Source: Chiloscyllium plagiosum (taxonomy: Eukaryota). Taken from it: a DNA stretch of 20,000 nt. The notes below the pieces were generated by a model. That model worked only from the letters and a program-made list of their open reading frames with translations, made no database searches and was not told the origin of the DNA. A program made the position numbers and the translations under genes. The DNA lies in NCBI RefSeq assembly GCF_004010195.1, contig NC_057750.1, forward strand, positions 7,696,276 through 7,716,275, in the 5' to 3' direction. Shown one piece after another: positions 1 to 8,966 of the stretch. Every line of letters starts with the position of its first letter. Within the stretch, counting starts at the first letter, position 1.

Positions 1-27
1 TCTTTGTATCCAAACCAATCATTGATC

Positions 28-72
28 TGACTTGATTTATTATTATCACATCTACTGGGGCACAGTGAAAAG
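28..72 (-). mobile_element. Short 3' tail fragment of a Rex1/Babar-like LINE
   Basis: TGATTTATTATTATCACA...CACAGTGAAAAG matches the tails at 10186-10250 and 16381-16430, which are attached to Rex1-like ORF remnants. Confidence 0.45.
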
Positions 73-149
73 AGGAAAGATGAAACCCAACTTGGTCCAA
101 GTGGATGAGAAGCACTGAAGGAGAATACAGCAGACGTACATGGAAGGTA

Positions 150-268
150 CGTTGGGAAAAGTGTAGGCTCCATTAGGAACCATAGAGATGATGTGTGCCC
201 TCAATGAGTACTTTGCGTCAGTCTTCACAATGGAAAAGGATGGCGTTGGTATAGACATCAGGGTGCAG
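150..268 (+). mobile_element. CR1 LINE ORF2 fragment (5' piece of an interrupted copy)
   Basis: From 200 it translates LNEYFASVFTMEKD, the CR1 pre-RT motif LNxYFxSVFT. Confidence 0.7.
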
Positions 269-655
269 AACAGAGTGTGGTGAACTCGGACAATCACAAA
301 GGCCAACCTCCCATCTATAGAATCCATCTACCAGGCCCAAGGAAAGGCCACCTGCATTCTCAAACATCCATCCCACCCTGGCAATGTTTTTCTACAACCT
401 CTACCATTGAGGAGAAGGTACAGAAGCCTGAACACACACACCAGCCGGTTTTGTAACAGTTTCCATCTTACTGTTGCTAGATTACTGAATGGACTCACAA
501 AATCTTAACATTCCCCTGTACCTGTGTTTTTGTTTTTGCCTCTGTTTCCCTATTATTTACTATGTATGCTACTTAACTGTGTGGTTTGCCTGTATTGCTC
601 GCAAGACAAAGCCTTTCACTGTGCCTCGGTACACGTGACAATAAATTCAATTCAG
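269..655 (+). mobile_element. 5'-truncated Rex1/Babar-like non-LTR retrotransposon (ORF C-terminus plus 3' UTR)
   Basis: Translates TITKANLPSIESIYQA-QGKATCILKHPSHPGNVFLQPLPLRRRYRSLNTHTSRFCNSFHLTVARLLN, matching the Rex1 terminus DPSHP..LLPSGRRYRS..NSFFP.A.RLLN. Ends GTGACAATAAATTCAATTCA. Confidence 0.85.
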
Positions 656-992
656 GACTGTGAAAGAGGAGAAGAAGTTAACAAAGAGAGAGGCTATACT
701 GACAACTCCCCAGGCCTGGATGAGATATCTCCCTGGCTGACGAGGGAGGGGAGATCAGGGTCATTAAATGGCGAGCCATAGCTTTAAAGTAAGGAGGAGG
801 CTAAGAGGAGAGTTCAGACTTTATTTTTTACTCAAGGTGGTTGGAGTCACTGCCAAAAAGGTGCTTTGCAAGGGTCATAACCTTGCATAACATTTGGGCA
901 GCACAGAGTTGGAAAATGGGAACAGTATCGTCAGACCTTTGTCAATTTGTGCAGGCAAGATGGGCTGAATGGCCTCTTTCTGCGCTGTAAGG
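656..992 (+). mobile_element. CR1 LINE remnant (3' piece, internally deleted)
   Basis: DNSPGLDEISPWL resembles the CR1 motif KSPGPDGIYPRLL. It is followed by a degraded ORF2 end (HSFKVR..FFTQ) and the 3' UTR GATGGGCTGAATGGCCTCTTTCTGCGCTGTAA. Confidence 0.7.
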
Positions 993-1043
993 TCCATGAG
1001 GAAAAAAAGTGTTGTCCTGGTATTATACAGGCAGGTTGTATGT

Positions 1044-1310
1044 GGGTGGCACAGTGGCTCAGTGGTTAGCACTGCTACCTCACAGTGCCAGGGACCCGGG
1101 TTCGATACCAGCCTCAGGCAACTGTGTGGAGTTTGCACATTCGCCCAGTGTCTGCAGGAGATTCCTCTGAGTGCTCCGGTTTCCCCCCACAGTCCGAAGA
1201 TGTACAAGCTGGGTTGGATTGGCCATGGCTACAGGAATGGGGCTGAGTAGGATGCTCTTTGGAGGGTTGGCATGGATTCAATGGGCCAAATGGCTGGATT
1301 CCACACTACA
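1044..1310 (+). mobile_element. HE1-type tRNA-derived SINE
   Basis: A box TGGCTCAGTGG, B box GGTTCGATACC, body GGAGTTTGCACATT..GTGCTCCGGTTTCC..CACAGTCC, and a CR1-like tail. Confidence 0.85.
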
Positions 1311-1587
1311 AGCATCGATTTCTTCTTGAAAACTTTATCCTACATTGTGGCTATTTTAACACATGCAAGTGAGTCCCTTGTCTGAGTCTTGACACTGCCT
1401 GTAGGTGTTTGCACTTTCCTCTAATCAGGCCAATGTTGTCCTGGGACCAGAAGACTGTTGACCAAGTCAGTAACTCTTCCACACACCCAGACTGGATACT
1501 GTGGGCCAGACAATCATGCAACTGGATGCCATACTGGGTTAGTTAACTGGGAACGTGTTACCAAAGTTACATCTTTTGACATGCTAG

Positions 1588-2400
1588 ACAGAGTCATAGA
1601 GATATACAGCACGGAAACAGACCCTTTGGTCAAACCCGTCCATGCTGACCAGATATCCCAACCCAATCTAGTCCCACCTGCCAGCACCCAGCCCATATCC
1701 CTCCAAACCCTTCCTAATCATATACCCATCCTAATGCCTTTTAAATGCTGTAATTGTACCAGCCTCTACCACTTCCTCTGGCAGCTCATTCCATACCCGT
1801 ACCACCCTCTGTGTGAAAAAGCTGCCCCTTAGGTCTCTTTTATATCTTTCCCCTCTCACCCTAAACCTATGCCCTCTAGTTCTGGACTCCACCACCCAAG
1901 GGAAGAGACTTTGTCTATTTACCCTATCCATGCCCCTCATGATTTTGTAAACCTCTATAAGGTCTCCAACGCTCCAGGGAAAACAGCCCCAGCCTATTCA
2001 GCCTCTCCCTATAGCTCAAACCCTCCAAACCTGACAACTTCCTTGTAAATCTTTTCTGAACCCTTTCAAGTTTAACATCCTTCCTATGGTGAGGAGACCA
2101 GAACTGAATGCAGTATTCTAAAAGTTGTCTAAACAAGGTCCTGAACAGCTGCAACATGACCTCCTAAGACCCATACTCAATGCAATGACCAATAAAGTCA
2201 TTTCTTTACTGTCCTACCTACCTGCACGACTCTACCTTCAAGGAATGATGAACCTGCACTCCAAGGTCTCTTTGTCCTGCAACACTCCCCTGGACCTTAC
2301 CATTAAGTGTGTAAGTCCTGACTTGATGTGCCTTTCCAAAATGCAGCACCAAATGCAGCTTATCTAAATTACACTCCATCTGTCATTCCTAGGCCCATCT
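1588..2400 (-). mobile_element. 5'-truncated CR1 (HER1-like) LINE
   Basis: ORF track gives LLEYCIQFWSPHHRKDV..LERVQKRFTR and TRGHRFRVRGERYKRDLRGSFFTQRVVRVWNELPEEVVEA. The 3' tail on the minus strand ends TCTGTTTCCGTGCTGTATATCTCTATGACTCT. Confidence 0.95.
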
Positions 2401-2725
2401 ATTCTGGGTAAATAATGTTGCAAACAGATTTAGTCCAAGTGTGTGAAATCTTACTTTGCCCGGTGCCTGTAAGGTTAGACTGGCTTCCCTGGGATCTTCC
2501 TATTCCTCTGCTGTTTGACCATCTTTCTCCAAGAAACATTTAGGAGACCCATAACTACTCCCACTGGTAATTTGTTGTTCCTACTATTCCTCATCTGCAC
2601 CCAAACTAATAAAAGCATTCTACATGGGGCACCCAGTCAAGAGTATGTTTTAAGGAACAAGCATCAAAAAAAAAAGGAAAGAAAGGGTACTGAAGGTTTT
2701 TTTTGAAGGGGTGAGGGAGATAATA

Positions 2726-3082
2726 GTTGAAACTTTATTGCTGGAACAGCACAGCAGGTCAGGCAGCATCCAGGGAACAGGAGATTCGACGTTTCGGGCA
2801 CAGGCCCTTCTTCAGGAATGAGCAGAGAGTGTTCAGCAGGAGAAGATAAAAGGTAGGGAGGAGGGACTTGGAGGAGGGGCGTTGGAAATGTGATAGGTGG
2901 AAAGAGGTCAAGGTGAGGGTGATAGGTCGGAGTAGGATGGAGGCGGAGAGGTCAACAAGAAGACTGCAGGTCAGGAAGGCGACGTGGTCGACGGTGCCCT
3001 CCACCGCATCTCCTCCACTTCCAACTCCCCTCCTCCAAGTCCCTCCTCCCTACCTTTTATCTTCTCCTGCTGAACACTCTCT
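2726..3082 (-). mobile_element. Penelope-like element terminal (pLTR/3' UTR) fragment with an internal inversion
   Basis: Shares the GATGCTGCCTGACCTGCTGTG..TTCCAGCA terminus with the GIY-YIG-linked copy at 14862-15387. Segments 2824-2890 and 3016-3082 are inverted repeats. Confidence 0.75.
2784..2819 (-). ncRNA. Minimal type I hammerhead ribozyme motif (intact core)
   Basis: Minus strand reads ATTC-CTGAAGA-A-GGGC-CTGT-GCCC-GAAAC-GTC-GAAT: stem I ATTC/GAAT, CUGANGA core, 4-bp stem II, GAAA, palindromic ACGU stem III, GUC cleavage triplet. Confidence 0.8.
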
Positions 3083-3543
3083 CCCCATCAAACACTCCCA
3101 GGACAGGGACAGCACAGGCTTAGATACAGAGTAAAGTTCCCTCTACACTGTCCCCATCAAACACTCCCAGGACAGGGACAGCACAGGGTTAGATACAGAG
3201 TAAAGCTTCCTCTACACTGTCCCCATCAAACACTCCCAGGACAGGGACAGCACAGGGTTAGATACAGAGTAAAGCTTCCTCTACACTGTCCCCATCAAAC
3301 ACTCCCAGGACAGGGACAGCACAGGGTTAGATACAGAGTAAAGCTTCCTCTACACTGTCCCCATCAAACACTCCCAGGACAGGGACAGCACAGGGTTAGA
3401 TACAGAGTAAAGCTTCCTCTACACTGTCCCCATCAAACACTCCCAGGACAGGGACAGCACAGGGTTAGATACAGAGTAAAGCTTCCTCTACACTGTCCCC
3501 ATCAAACACTCCCAGGACAGGGACAGCACAGGGTTAGATACAG
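3083..3543. repeat. 69-bp tandem repeat, about 6.7 copies
   Basis: Unit CCCCATCAAACACTCCCAGGACAGGGACAGCACAGGGTTAGATACAGAGTAAAGCTTCCTCTACACTGT starts at 3083, 3152, 3221, 3290, 3359, 3428 and 3497 (partial). Confidence 0.98.
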
Positions 3544-3760
3544 TAGAGTTCAAAAGAACTTTCTGACTAAAATGTCACTCTTAGCTGCCATAAGAAGATG
3601 ATGGAGGAACATTTCCATTGCTACTTGCAGCACCATGACATGCACAAGCCACAGCCAGCTCTCCCCTCCAGTGTGATTGGATTCATCTCCAGCACGTCAA
3701 GAGGTTCAGGCTCTGCTTAGACATTGCCGGAGATCAGTTCCTCTTACTCCCTTGAGTGAT

Positions 3761-3806
3761 GAGAGAGAGAGCGCGAGAGAGAGAGCGTGCACGAGAGAGC
3801 GCGCGC
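3761..3806. repeat. Compound (GA)n/(GC)n microsatellite
   Basis: GAGAGAGAGAGCGCGAGAGAGAGAGCGTGCACGAGAGAGCGCGCGC. Confidence 0.8.
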
Positions 3807-3844
3807 AAGCAACCTCGAGGTAACATTGTTGATGGCAATGGGAT

Positions 3845-3875
3845 GGGCAGCACGGTGGCTCAGTGGTTAGCACTG
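3845..3875 (+). mobile_element. HE1 SINE 5' head only (truncated)
   Basis: GGGCAGCACGGTGGCTCAGTGGTTAGCACTG matches the HE1 heads elsewhere in the window, then switches abruptly to Penelope sequence. Confidence 0.75.
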
Positions 3876-4152
3876 ATGAAGATGGGGGTGATGGTGATAG
3901 GGTGGAGTGGATAGGTGGGAAGGAAGATGGACAGGTAAGACTGTTCAAGAGGGCAGTGCTGAGTTGGACAGTTGGATCTTGGATGAGGTGGGTGGTGGGA
4001 AAATGAGGCAACAGGTGAAATCGACATTGATCCTGTATGGTTGGAGCATCTCAAGGTGGAAGATGAGGCATTCTCCCTCCAGTTATAGAGTAGCTAGGAT
4101 TTGGCGGTGGATGCGGCCCAGGATTTGCAAGTCCTTGGAGGAGTGGGAGTGA
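3876..4152 (-). mobile_element. Penelope-like element, GIY-YIG endonuclease C-terminus plus 3' UTR
   Basis: Minus translation SHSSKDLQILGRIHRQILATL*LEGECLIFHLEMLQPYRINVDFT; homologous to 15060-15330. Confidence 0.8.
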
Positions 4153-4224
4153 TGTTCTACAAGGAACAAGGGAGGGTTGTGTTTTGGCCAGCACTGAATT
4201 GCTCAACAAACAAAAAGAAATTTA

Positions 4225-4378
4225 TAACATTGCTCTGAGTGGAGGGAGCGGTGTGTCAAAACAAAAAAATTGGCTGCTGCATTTTCTGCATAACCACAGC
4301 AACTCTGCATCAGAATGGGCTGTGTTGGTGCAAAGCCTTTCAGAGGTTGCAAAAGCTGCTACATAAATGCAAGTTTCT
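4225..4378 (+). mobile_element. Degenerate 3' part of a Deu-domain SINE (SacSINE1/AmnSINE1-like)
   Basis: AAATTGGCTGCTGCATTTTC..AAAGCCTTT..GCTACATAAATGCAAGT resembles the recalled DeuSINE tail; similar to 17250-17375. Confidence 0.5.
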
Positions 4379-4713
4379 GACTTGCCACTTCATAAAGATA
4401 TTTTTTGAAAAATAAATCTTTGTGATGAATTCCTGAGCAACGCCATGACCACAACAGGTGGAAGATAGCTGAGCATTCTTGTCTTGAAAAGTGTAAAATA
4501 TAAACTTTTCGTCATCACTGATCCCAGTCAGTCCAGTATTCTTTGAAGCAATGATATTGGACAGCAAGATATCGGCGCGTTTTGGAACTCAAAAGGGCTT
4601 TAGCTCGAATTCCGCTTCAATCCCTACTCCTCTCCATCACCTACTCCCAGTTTTACTCCAGCATAGCCCACAATACTGCTTTCACCACACAGTTAAAATA
4701 GCCCAGACTGGGA

Positions 4714-5137
4714 GAGAGTGTCACAGAGCACAGTAACAGTCCCCTTTGGTCCAACCTGTCCATGCCGACCAGATTTCCCAACTGAACTAGTCCCATTTGC
4801 CTACATTTGGCCTCTAACCCTTTCCTATTCATGTATCTGAGCAAATATCTTTTAAATATTGTAATTGTACCAGCCTCCACCACTTCCCCTGGTAGTTCGT
4901 TCCACACACGCACCACCCTCTGCGTGAAAAAGTTGCCCCTCAGGTCCCTTTTAAATCTTCCGCCACCCTGGGGAAAAGACCTCGATTATTCACCCTATCC
5001 ATGCCCCTCATAATTGTATCCTCCTCTAGAAGGTCAGCCCTCGGTCTCTGACGCTCCAGTGAAAAAAGTCCCAGCGTCTTCTTATAACACAAACCCTCCA
5101 GTCTCAGCAACATCCTGGTAAAACTTTTCTGTACCTT
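4714..5137 (-). mobile_element. CR1 LINE 3' fragment
   Basis: MVRVWNELPGEVVEAGTITIFKRYL..YMN; collinear with the copy at 1588-2060. Confidence 0.9.
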
Positions 5138-5515
5138 CCTACTCTGCCACGGTTGGTCAATCCTGTGGCTCCGGGCCGGGGGGGGACTTTTTCGTCAAGT
5201 TCCTCTGTGTACAGCCCCGCTGTCACCCAGAGCATTGCCCTAAGCAGAAAGAGCACAGTCTAACTTGCAGAGTAAGCAGCAAACAAACCACAAGGTGGAG
5301 GAAGCACCGACTTCCTGCCGCACAGCGAGCGATCTGCAGCTGAATACAAACCTCCCCCTTCCCAGCCCAGTCAGAATTAAATAGACCGTACGGTGAAGGG
5401 ACAAGCCAATCTGCTCCACAATTCCCATACCACATCCTCCACTCCCCTTCTCCCTCGTGTCTATCAAACTTTCACTTGAAGCTGTCTACACTAACCTCAA
5501 ATTGCATTTTCACCC

Positions 5516-5790
5516 TCATAGAACATTACAGCACAGCTTCAGCTCTCGATGTTGCACTGACCAGTGGAACCAATCTGAAACCCATCTAACCTACACTGTT
5601 CCATTATCATCCATATGTTTATCTAATGACCATTTAAAGTTGGCGACTCGACTACTGCTGCAAGCAGTATGTTCCATGTCCCTACTGCTCTCTGTGTAAA
5701 GAACTTACCTCTGAGATCTGCCCTATATCTATCACCCCTCAATTTAAAGCTATGTCCCCTCGTGCTAACCATCACCATCCCAGGAAAATC
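5516..5790 (-). mobile_element. CR1 LINE 3' fragment, second subfamily
   Basis: TRGHSFKLRGDRYRADLRGKFFTQRAVGTWN; tail on the minus strand ends GCTGTAATGTTCTATGA. Confidence 0.85.
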
Positions 5791-5867
5791 TCTTCTTGTA
5801 TCCCAAACAGGGAATGCAGGAGATGTTCCAGACAAAGCCTTGGCCCATCTCTCTCTCTCTTCACCAG

Positions 5868-5982
5868 GAATTGCTGATGAAGGGCTTATGCCTGAAATAT
5901 CGACTCTCCTGCTCCTCGGATGCTGCCTGACCTGCTGTGCTTTTCCAGCAACACACTCCAACTCTGATCTCTGCAGTCCTCT
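5868..5982 (+). mobile_element. Penelope pLTR fragment with a degenerate hammerhead
   Basis: CTGATGA(5874-5880)-A-GGGC-TTAT-GCCT-GAAAT-ATC followed by GATGCTGCCTGACCTGCTGTGCTTTTCCAGCA. Confidence 0.8.
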
Positions 5983-6029
5983 CTCTCTCTATGCTGCCTT
6001 AATCCTTGCAAATCATTTCCCATTTGCAC

Positions 6030-6230
6030 TTTTCACTATTTTTATTGACCATACTAAAGATTCCACAGGAAAATTTGTTTATAGTTCATATCTGGAGGTA
6101 TTTTCTTTAAAAAAAAGATGCTCAAGTAAATAAGGAGAGAAAGAACAAGTTACTCCATCACAGAAACCTGACATGAAATTGAAATAATATATTAAAGCTA
6201 TTCCGGTCTAATAAGACTATAAGAACCAGG
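6030..6230 (+). repeat. Diverged ~200-bp direct duplication, copy 1 (copy 2 at 11157-11358)
   Basis: Shared blocks TTTCACTATTTTTATT, ATTCCACA, CTCAAGTAAATAA, AGAACAAGTTACTCCATCA, ATTAAAG.TATTCC and ATAAGAC. Confidence 0.85.
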
Positions 6231-6515
6231 ATACAATTTACGTATTCTGGAATCATCACAAAAGTGACAGACTTTAAACAGCATGCAAGGATTCCCTAAT
6301 TTGCTGGCTTTCCAGCCCGGTTGACAGAAAGGGCAGGTTTTTGTATTTAAAGACTCTAATTAGAGGCAAACATCAACATATAGCTTCGCTAATTAGAACT
6401 TTAATTCTCTTACAAATTTCCCCCACTGGGGAAAAGAAATGGGGTTATGGATGGAGGTAAAAACCAGGAAGACATTTCTGTGGTTCCTGTTCACCAGATC
6501 TGCTTAGACTCTTGT

Positions 6516-6620
6516 ACCAAGTGCTGGTAAATGGGACTGGATTTATTTAAGAGATCTGGTTGGCAGAGCTGAGTTGGACCAAAGAGAGTGTTTCCGTACT
6601 GCATAACTCTACGACTCCAT
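6516..6620 (+). mobile_element. CR1 3' UTR fragment
   Basis: CCAAGTGCTGGTAAATGGGAC..GAGTTGGACCAAAG..TGTTTCCGTACTGCATAACTCTACGACTC; compare 17055-17150. Confidence 0.75.
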
Positions 6621-6656
6621 CTGTACAAAACCACTTCCGTTTGCCTGCGAACTACA

Positions 6657-6885
6657 TGAGGCAAAAGTGAGGACTGCAGATGCTGGAAACCAGACTTTAG
6701 ATCAGAGTGGTGCTGGAAAAGCACAGCAGATCAGGCCGCATCCGAGCAGGAAAATTGACATTTCGGGCAAAAGCCCTTCATCAGCTTCCATTCCTGATGA
6801 AGGGCTTTTGCCCGAAACGTTGATTTTCCTGCTCCTCAGATGCTGCCTGACCTGCTGTGCTTTTCCAGCACCACTCTGATCTAAA
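6657..6885. mobile_element. Palindromic Penelope pLTR mini-element (family A) with a hammerhead on each strand
   Basis: Inverted arms 6696-6784 and 6794-6885 with a 9-nt spacer. Flanked by CTGCGAACTACA (6645-6656) and CTGGGAACTACA (6886-6897). Confidence 0.85.
6790..6825 (+). ncRNA. Minimal hammerhead ribozyme motif
   Basis: ATTC-CTGATGA(6794-6800)-A-GGGC-TTTT-GCCC-GAAAC-GTT-GATT. A mirror copy on the minus strand starts at 6784. Confidence 0.75.
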
Positions 6886-7082
6886 CTGGGAACTACACAC
6901 CCACCATTACTTGAACATGCAGCTGTGTAAGCAACACTTGCAATGAGCACCAGCCTACTTATTTCAAAACATACAATCGTCCAGTCATGCTGGGATTTGC
7001 AAAACTGCTTTTTTCTGATTTCAGTCCACAATTCAAAACAAAAACTACATTTGTGTAGGGGCCTGCTTTTGCTCAACAACAC

Positions 7083-7398
7083 GGGACGGCATGGTGGCTC
7101 AATGGTTAGCCCTGCTGCCTCACAGTGCCAGGGACCTGGGTTCGATTCCAGCGTCGGGCAGACTGTCTGTGTGGCGTTTGCACGTTCTCCCTGTGTCTGC
7201 GTGGGTTTGCTCCGGTTTCCTCCCACAGTCCAAAGATGTGCAGGTTAGGCTGAATTACCCATAGTGTTCAGGGATGTGTAGGTTAGGTGCATTAGTCAGG
7301 AGTAAATGGAGAGAAATAGGGTAACGGGAATGGGTCTGGGTGGGATACTCTTCTGAGTGTGGGCTTGTTGGGCCTGTTTCCACACTGTGGGGATTCTA
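7083..7398 (+). mobile_element. HE1-type SINE, near full length
   Basis: A box TGGCTCAATGG, B box GGTTCGATTCC, conserved body, tail GGGCCTGTTTCCACACTGT. Confidence 0.92.
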
Positions 7399-7537
7399 CG
7401 AACTGACAAAAAGTTGCAGACAACACTTTCTCTTTTTAAAGGAAATCTAGAAATAGTTGGTGGAGATCCAAGGGACCACTCGTTTATGACAGACATAAGA
7501 AGTGTTAACCTTCTTACCGAGAATCATCATTATTTGC

Positions 7538-7695
7538 AATTCTCTCCCAACGAGAGCAGCAGGGGCTGCGGCATTGAAAATACTCAAGGCTGATTGACAG
7601 ACTTTCTTTTTGATAGAGACAGGAGTGTGGCAAGGGCTATCAGGGGCAGAGGTAAAAGCAGGAAAGCAGCCACAATCAGACAATCTTATCGAACG
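7538..7695 (+). mobile_element. Degenerate CR1 3' end
   Basis: NSLP..A...KA..D..L-like remnant followed by GCCACAATCAGA..ATCTTATCGAA (UTR as at 12465-12480). Confidence 0.55.
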
Positions 7696-7814
7696 AAGGA
7701 TCTCGAGTTCTATAACACGAAAGCCAGGCTCATGCATCGCAAACACGACCAACTTTTGCACCAGCTCCTTTCAGAATCTCAACGTCCCAATAAACAATAC
7801 AGATAACAATGAGA

Positions 7815-7940
7815 AAGTGCTGTAACATCGGAACTGCTGTAGACAGTTTGTCCACAGCAGAACGCCACAAACAGCAATGAGATCATTCATCACCGTGACA
7901 TTGGTAGAGGGATGCATAATTGAGACGGAGCAGGACTGCT
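7815..7940 (-). mobile_element. Deu-domain SINE fragment
   Basis: Minus strand ATCCCTCTACCAATGTCAC..CATTGCTGTTTGTGGCGTTCTGCTGTGGACAAA. Confidence 0.5.
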
Positions 7941-7944
7941 TTAT

Positions 7945-8266
7945 GATTAGATTTGATTAGATCTCCTACAGCGTGGAAACAGGCCCTTCGGCCCAACAAG
8001 TCAACCCTCCGACGAGTAACCCACCCAGACCCATTTCCCTTTAACTAATGCACCTAACCCTTTGGGCAATTTAGCGTGGCCAAATCAGCTGACCTGCACA
8101 TCTTTGGACTGTGGGAGGAAACCGGAGCACCCGGAGGAAACCCACGCAGACACTGGGAGAACGTGCAAACTCCACACAGACAGACAGTCACCCAAGGCTG
8201 GAATCGAACCTGGGATCCTGGCGCTGTGAGGCACCAGTGCTAACCACCGAGCCACCGTGCTATCCC
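7945..8266 (-). mobile_element. HE1-type SINE, near full length
   Basis: Reverse complement of the 7083 copy, with a (TCTAA)-like tail at 7945-7962. Confidence 0.92.
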
Positions 8267-8499
8267 ATTTATTTGAATAATGTGAATGGCAGCAATAAAT
8301 AATGATAATCCATTACTGAGGGGAGGTAACGTGGTTTAATTAATTTGGAGCATTAGCCTGTTTTTCAGCAATTGCCACGTCATGCCTGGGTACACAATGC
8401 AATGATTTAGCGCAGCGGTAACATTCTAGATGGAGTGGCTTAATGAGCTCAATCTCAAACACCCAGTGATATTAAACGCCCCAAGGAGCCAGGGCAGTG

Positions 8500-8811
8500 G
8501 ATAATAGGAGAGGGAAAGATGGGCTAGTGTGAGGACAGGGGGGATAAGGGTGGGGAGGAGGGGGAAAAAGGGAGAAGGGGAGCGAGGATGGGCAAATTTG
8601 GGGAAAGAGAGAGAAGGGGGACAATGGTGGGTGGAGAAGGGTGGGCAGAGAGAGATGAGGCGAGCGTGGGTGAAGAGGATGGGCGGAGGGAGAGAGAAGG
8701 GGGCAGGAGGAAAGAAGGGAAGAGCAAGGAGGGGATAAGGGGACAAGGGAAGGGAAGAGGAAACAGAGGGAGGGCCACACACACACACACAGACACAGAC
8801 GGAGACACAGA
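8500..8811. repeat. G/A-rich low-complexity tract followed by (CA)n
   Basis: About 270 bp of mostly purines on the plus strand, then CACACACACACACACAGACACAGAC. Confidence 0.9.
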
Positions 8812-8827
8812 TGCCATTGGCTCTCAC

Positions 8828-8966
8828 CCGATAACACAACTTCAATCAGGTCTCCTTCCTGGATATCGTGCCCAGATTTCACCAGCTGCAGGATATTGTC
8901 CGAGGTCGGGTTGTGTCTGAAGAGGAGGATTTTGTCGTACATTCCATAGAAGCCGCATTCTGGGAA
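8828..8966 (-). CDS. PRKD1: Internal coding exon (exon 2 equivalent, 139 bp, phase 0 to phase 1) of serine/threonine protein kinase D. N-terminal ubiquitin-like region preceding C1a; paralog PRKD2 not excluded
   Basis: Translates [46 protein letters not shown] plus one G. Recalled human PRKD1 reads [46 protein letters not shown]. Acceptor TGTCCTGGTTTCTGTCCAG| and donor G|GTGAGAG are canonical. Confidence 0.93.

Noticed and set aside
1044..1120. tRNA genes at HE1 heads (also 7083, 8266, 11072, 19042)
   Set aside because: A and B boxes are present, but they continue into SINE bodies and do not give a complete cloverleaf.
3083..3543. CRISPR-like array
   Set aside because: Units are identical end to end with no variable spacers, there are no cas genes, and the context is vertebrate.
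3872..3885. CTGATGAAG as another hammerhead core
   Set aside because: It is created by the SINE/Penelope junction, and no stem II or GAAAC follows.
5130..5260. Minus-strand FC..MLW..GL resemblance to PRKD exon 3 (C1a), or an alternative coding first exon from ATG 5235
   Set aside because: The matching residues lie in different frames and lack the CDHCGE and QGLKC motifs. The nearby GT donors give phase 0 or 2, not the phase 1 needed.
8426..8942. Full 8472-8942 ORF and overlapping Pro/Leu/Ser- or Gly/Arg-rich ORFs
   Set aside because: Only 8828-8966 is kinase-like; the rest is read-through past the donor into low-complexity intron.
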